DNA from: a bacterium
GTDB lineage: Bacteria; Hinthialibacterota; Hinthialibacteria; Hinthialibacterales; Hinthialibacteraceae
NCBI GenBank assembly: GCA_963662285.2
Contig: CAXXMV010000006.1
Location: 1,632,001-1,696,000 of the forward strand
Length of the DNA: 64,000 nucleotides
Reading direction: 5' to 3'
Of this stretch, positions 60,672-64,000 are shown one piece after another. A program made the position numbers and the translations under genes. The notes under the pieces are model-generated. The model was not told the origin of the DNA. It ran no database searches and worked only from the letters and a program-made list of their open reading frames with translations. The first letter of the stretch is position 1. The number at the start of each line of letters is the position of its first letter.

Positions 60672-62345
60672 ATGATTAAATATCTTAAACCATTCTATGT
60701 TTTATTTCTGGCAATCGTTATTGTTTACATCTTCTATCTTGCCTACTTATCAGAGTATTATGAGTATAGTTATGTTTCTGAAACTAAAGACTATGGTTTT
60801 GCATCTAAACCAGACTGCATCGAACGCTTCGGGTTAGGTTCAATCAGGGAAATTGCATATTCTGATAAATTTGATTTTTTATATATCGATTCAGCGATTC
60901 ATTCAGCGCTATGGGATGTAAATAAAAATAGCTGTAAATTGATCGAAGAATTTAAGTACTACGATAAAAATATCTTTTCAACTATTTCAAAATCCGGGAA
61001 ATATATAGTTGCGCCTTATTCAAAAGATGAATCGCAAATCAAGAACTATGAAACAAAATCCGAGTTGATCCTTCCAAAAATCCTAAATGCCGTTTTTTCT
61101 AAGGATGAGAATTTTGTTGCTTTTGTGCAGATAAATAAACTTCGCGTATTGAATCTAAAAAATAATGAATTTATCCTCGACAAGATTTTTGAGGTCGATA
61201 GTTTGCATACCAAGAAAATGTTGATATCGCTAGATAATAAATATTTATATTACAAAAATGAAAGGGATTCAATCACTAAATATGATATACAAACTGGTAA
61301 TATCTTACACGTATTTAATTTTGAAAATAATATTTACGAATGGTTTTTAAATGATAATGGCTTGAACGCCATTTTTTGTTTTAATAGTTTTTCCTATAAC
61401 TCCGGGAAGTATGATGGTTCTAAAATTTTTTCAAAATTTAAAATATCCACGCTTGATGCCATATCTGACAAGGAAATTTCAAGTGTATTTTATGATAAAG
61501 TGATTATTCAAGATGATAAGTTTGATTATAATGAGATATTATGCCTTTATGATACCAAATACACATATATATATGATACGAAAACTCATGAATTGATCTG
61601 CGATAAAATCGAGAAACCTAAATCGATTAGGTATATACTACATGCAATCATCAATAAAGAAATGAATAATATGCTAATCATGGATTGCGATGAGAATATC
61701 TATTTACAATCTTTTAATAATACTGAAGATGCATTTGTGAAATTAGATATTTCGTCTGAACCAAAAAATGCTTTGATGCATAAGAATAAAATATTTGTTA
61801 TTGACATCGCTGATAATCTGTGGTTTTTAGATGACATCAAAAAATTAAACAAATTAACATTGGTTAATGATTTATATAAAAGTACATTGAAATATGCAAA
61901 ACTATTTAATAACAACAAGAATTTATTATCTATATCGAAGACTTATAATTATGTCTGGGAAAGGAAATTTTTTCAAATATGTATTTGGGATTATGACAAG
62001 TATAATATCATAAAAAGTTATTCCACAGGTTTTTACATATCTTGTAGTTATGAATGTGCAGACATCTCGCCAGATGGTAAATACTTAGCTATTTTAGAGA
62101 TTAAACCTGAAAGATGCGTAAGAATAATCGATTGGAATAGCGATAAGATAGTCAAGAAAATTTATGGTATTGAATATCCGAGTAGAAAAGTATCTTTTAA
62201 TGACATGGATTTAAACATAAATATACCTTATGATTCAAAGCATATAAATCATATTGAATGGCTTGCTAGTAATACTATTATGCTTAAATACTGTGATTAT
62301 CGTAAGACGAAATTATATCAAATGAACAAAAATCAAAAAAAATAG
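60672..62345 (+). CDS. AT-rich membrane-anchored WD40-like beta-propeller protein; probably continues in the -1 frame to 62524
   Basis: N-terminal TM helix; FSKDENFVA, ISLDNKYL, ISPDGKYLA blades; A8 run immediately before the stop. Confidence 0.7.
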   Translation: MIKYLKPFYVLFLAIVIVYIFYLAYLSEYYEYSYVSETKDYGFASKPDCIERFGLGSIREIAYSDKFDFLYIDSAIHSALWDVNKNSCKLIEEFKYYDKNIFSTISKSGKYIVAPYSKDESQIKNYETKSELILPKILNAVFSKDENFVAFVQINKLRVLNLKNNEFILDKIFEVDSLHTKKMLISLDNKYLYYKNERDSITKYDIQTGNILHVFNFENNIYEWFLNDNGLNAIFCFNSFSYNSGKYDGSKIFSKFKISTLDAISDKEISSVFYDKVIIQDDKFDYNEILCLYDTKYTYIYDTKTHELICDKIEKPKSIRYILHAIINKEMNNMLIMDCDENIYLQSFNNTEDAFVKLDISSEPKNALMHKNKIFVIDIADNLWFLDDIKKLNKLTLVNDLYKSTLKYAKLFNNNKNLLSISKTYNYVWERKFFQICIWDYDKYNIIKSYSTGFYISCSYECADISPDGKYLAILEIKPERCVRIIDWNSDKIVKKIYGIEYPSRKVSFNDMDLNINIPYDSKHINHIEWLASNTIMLKYCDYRKTKLYQMNKNQKK

Positions 62346-62615
62346 GAATTCGAGATATTTTTGATAAGGAATTGCAATTTTCTATGAAATATATGAGTCC
62401 AAATTACATTAACGTCTATGATAACAAGTATATATTGCTTTCGAGTAATAAAGGTATTGTTGATAAATATGATATTAATAGTTTTAGTCAGGCGCCGGTG
62501 AAAGAAATTATGGATATTAACTGAGAATATGACTGGCGAATGATTGAATATCTTTATCAAATAAAACAGGCATAATTTGATGGAAATATTATTATAAAAT
62601 AAAGGAATTGTCCTA

Positions 62616-63920
62616 ATGGTTAGTTCAAAACCTACAAGCAGCTCTAAAAAAATAACTCGGCGTCAATTCACCAAAAACGTTACCGCATCTTCGATAACTA
62701 TGGGTTTGACCGCCTCGTCAGCGCAACGGGTGATGGGCGCCAATGACCGGCTCAACATAGGCGTCATCGGCTGCGGCTCACGCGCCGGCAGTCATATCAA
62801 TATGTTGATGCAATTGCGGGAACAAGACCATCTTCACGACATAGTGGCAGTATGCGACGCATATCGCCCACGACTTCAAAAAGCCGCAGAGATTACGAAA
62901 GCCAGCTTTTCTGCGTCGCGTCATGAAGAACTGCTTGCCCAAAAGGAAATTGATGTTGTTCTGATCGCTACTCCAGAGCATTGGCACGGCTATCAGGCCA
63001 TAGACGCCATGCGCGCCGGTAAGGATGTGTATGTCGAAAAACCGCTGACTCACTGGCGTCAACTCGGGTTGGCCGAAAAAGTGGCCCAAACTGCTCAAGA
63101 GACCGGACGTTTGGTGCAGGTCGGTTGCCAGCGTATGTCTTGCTCCGCTTATCCCCAGGCCAGGGAACTGATTAAAAAAGGGATGATCGGCAAACCGCTT
63201 ATGGCGGAGACCGGATATTTCCGTTTCGGCGATTGGGGAGAACGCGGCATGAAAATCGACGATCCAAACGCAAAACCCGGTCCCGATCTGGATTGGGAAC
63301 GCTTCCTAGGCGACTGCCCCAATCAGGAGTTCAGCGTCAGCCGCTATTTCCGCTGGCGTATGTATTATGATACCGCGGGCGGCCCGATTTCCGACAATTA
63401 TATTCACTTCTACAATCCACTAGCCTACGTGCTTGATCTCGGTTACCCGGACAAAGTGGCTGGCTTGGGCGGGGTATACCGCTTCAAAATCGAGGATATG
63501 CCCGATCCGGTTTATCATCAGCAACGTGAAGTTCCCGATACCTGCAACCTGATCATTGAGTATCCCGATGATTTCGTTGTTACATGCTCCGGCACTCAAG
63601 CCAATTCCTACACGACCTATGGCAGCAATGAAACACCCGTCATACGTGGATGGGATGCGACAATGTTGATTAACCCCTCTGAAATCATCATTCTCAATGC
63701 GGATAATAATCAAGAACTTTACCGAGAATCAGTAAAGCAAGGCATCAGTCAAATACGGTTTTGGGCAGACTTTCTCGAATGCTGCCGCACCCGCCGACAA
63801 CCGCTATCCAATGCAGCCCTCAGCGCTCCGGTCAATACAACCATGCAGATGGGAGTCCTAGCGGTCAGGGGAGAACGCGTAGTCCGATACGATCATGAAA
63901 ATAAACGCATTATTTCTTGA
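62616..63920 (+). CDS. Tat-exported Gfo/Idh/MocA family oxidoreductase
   Basis: TRRQFT, IGCGSR, ATPEHWH, DVYVEKP. Confidence 0.9.
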   Translation: MVSSKPTSSSKKITRRQFTKNVTASSITMGLTASSAQRVMGANDRLNIGVIGCGSRAGSHINMLMQLREQDHLHDIVAVCDAYRPRLQKAAEITKASFSASRHEELLAQKEIDVVLIATPEHWHGYQAIDAMRAGKDVYVEKPLTHWRQLGLAEKVAQTAQETGRLVQVGCQRMSCSAYPQARELIKKGMIGKPLMAETGYFRFGDWGERGMKIDDPNAKPGPDLDWERFLGDCPNQEFSVSRYFRWRMYYDTAGGPISDNYIHFYNPLAYVLDLGYPDKVAGLGGVYRFKIEDMPDPVYHQQREVPDTCNLIIEYPDDFVVTCSGTQANSYTTYGSNETPVIRGWDATMLINPSEIIILNADNNQELYRESVKQGISQIRFWADFLECCRTRRQPLSNAALSAPVNTTMQMGVLAVRGERVVRYDHENKRIIS

Positions 63921-63935
63921 TTAGGATGCATACCA

Positions 63936-64000
63936 ATGAAATATAAAATTAAGATATGCGGCATCACCAACCGGGATGATTTGGAATTGATTGCGCGTTG
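63936..64000 (+). CDS. trpF: Phosphoribosylanthranilate isomerase, 5' partial
   Basis: MKYKIKICGITNRDD matches the KICGIT N-terminal motif; only 21 codons are visible. Confidence 0.7.
   Translation, partial: MKYKIKICGITNRDDLELIAR

Noticed and set aside
62333-62560. 75-aa minus-strand ORF
   Set aside because: Shadow of the -1 frame continuation of the propeller gene.

Overview
Bacterial chromosomal window with no rRNA, tRNA, CRISPR array or transposase that I could recognise. It contains: (i) a fatty-acid/housekeeping block (aroF-coaD-rpmF-plsX-fabH-fabD-fabG-acpP-fabF, minus strand); (ii) two unusually large tandem flagellins, preceded by a ~1 kb intergenic region with three sigma28-like promoters, a thrice-repeated bipartite motif and extensive nested base-pairing (candidate new large ncRNA or tandem RNA switch), and a divergent pseudo-receiver gene; (iii) a ~20 kb island of secreted carbohydrate-active or hydrolytic proteins (GH50-like agarase, esterases, four DUF1593 paralogues plus a fifth relic, an internally deleted pectate lyase); (iv) a sigma54-preceded flagellar block (fliK-flgD-TIGR02530-flgE, flbD-motA-motB-motB-maf) followed by bshA and a secreted LIM-like/DA1-type metallopeptidase; (v) folB-recG, an AT-rich frameshifted beta-propeller gene, a Gfo/Idh/MocA gene and the start of trpF. 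Several unrelated secreted proteins share a short C-terminal tail (x-[VI]-x-D-[WY]-x-[LI]-Y-stop) that looks like an undescribed sorting signal. GTAG-type REP palindromes occur in six intergenic spaces. The protein style suggests an uncultured lineage such as Ca. Hinthialibacterota/OLB16; this is inference from recall, not a tested assignment. All calls were made by eye, without database searches or folding software.
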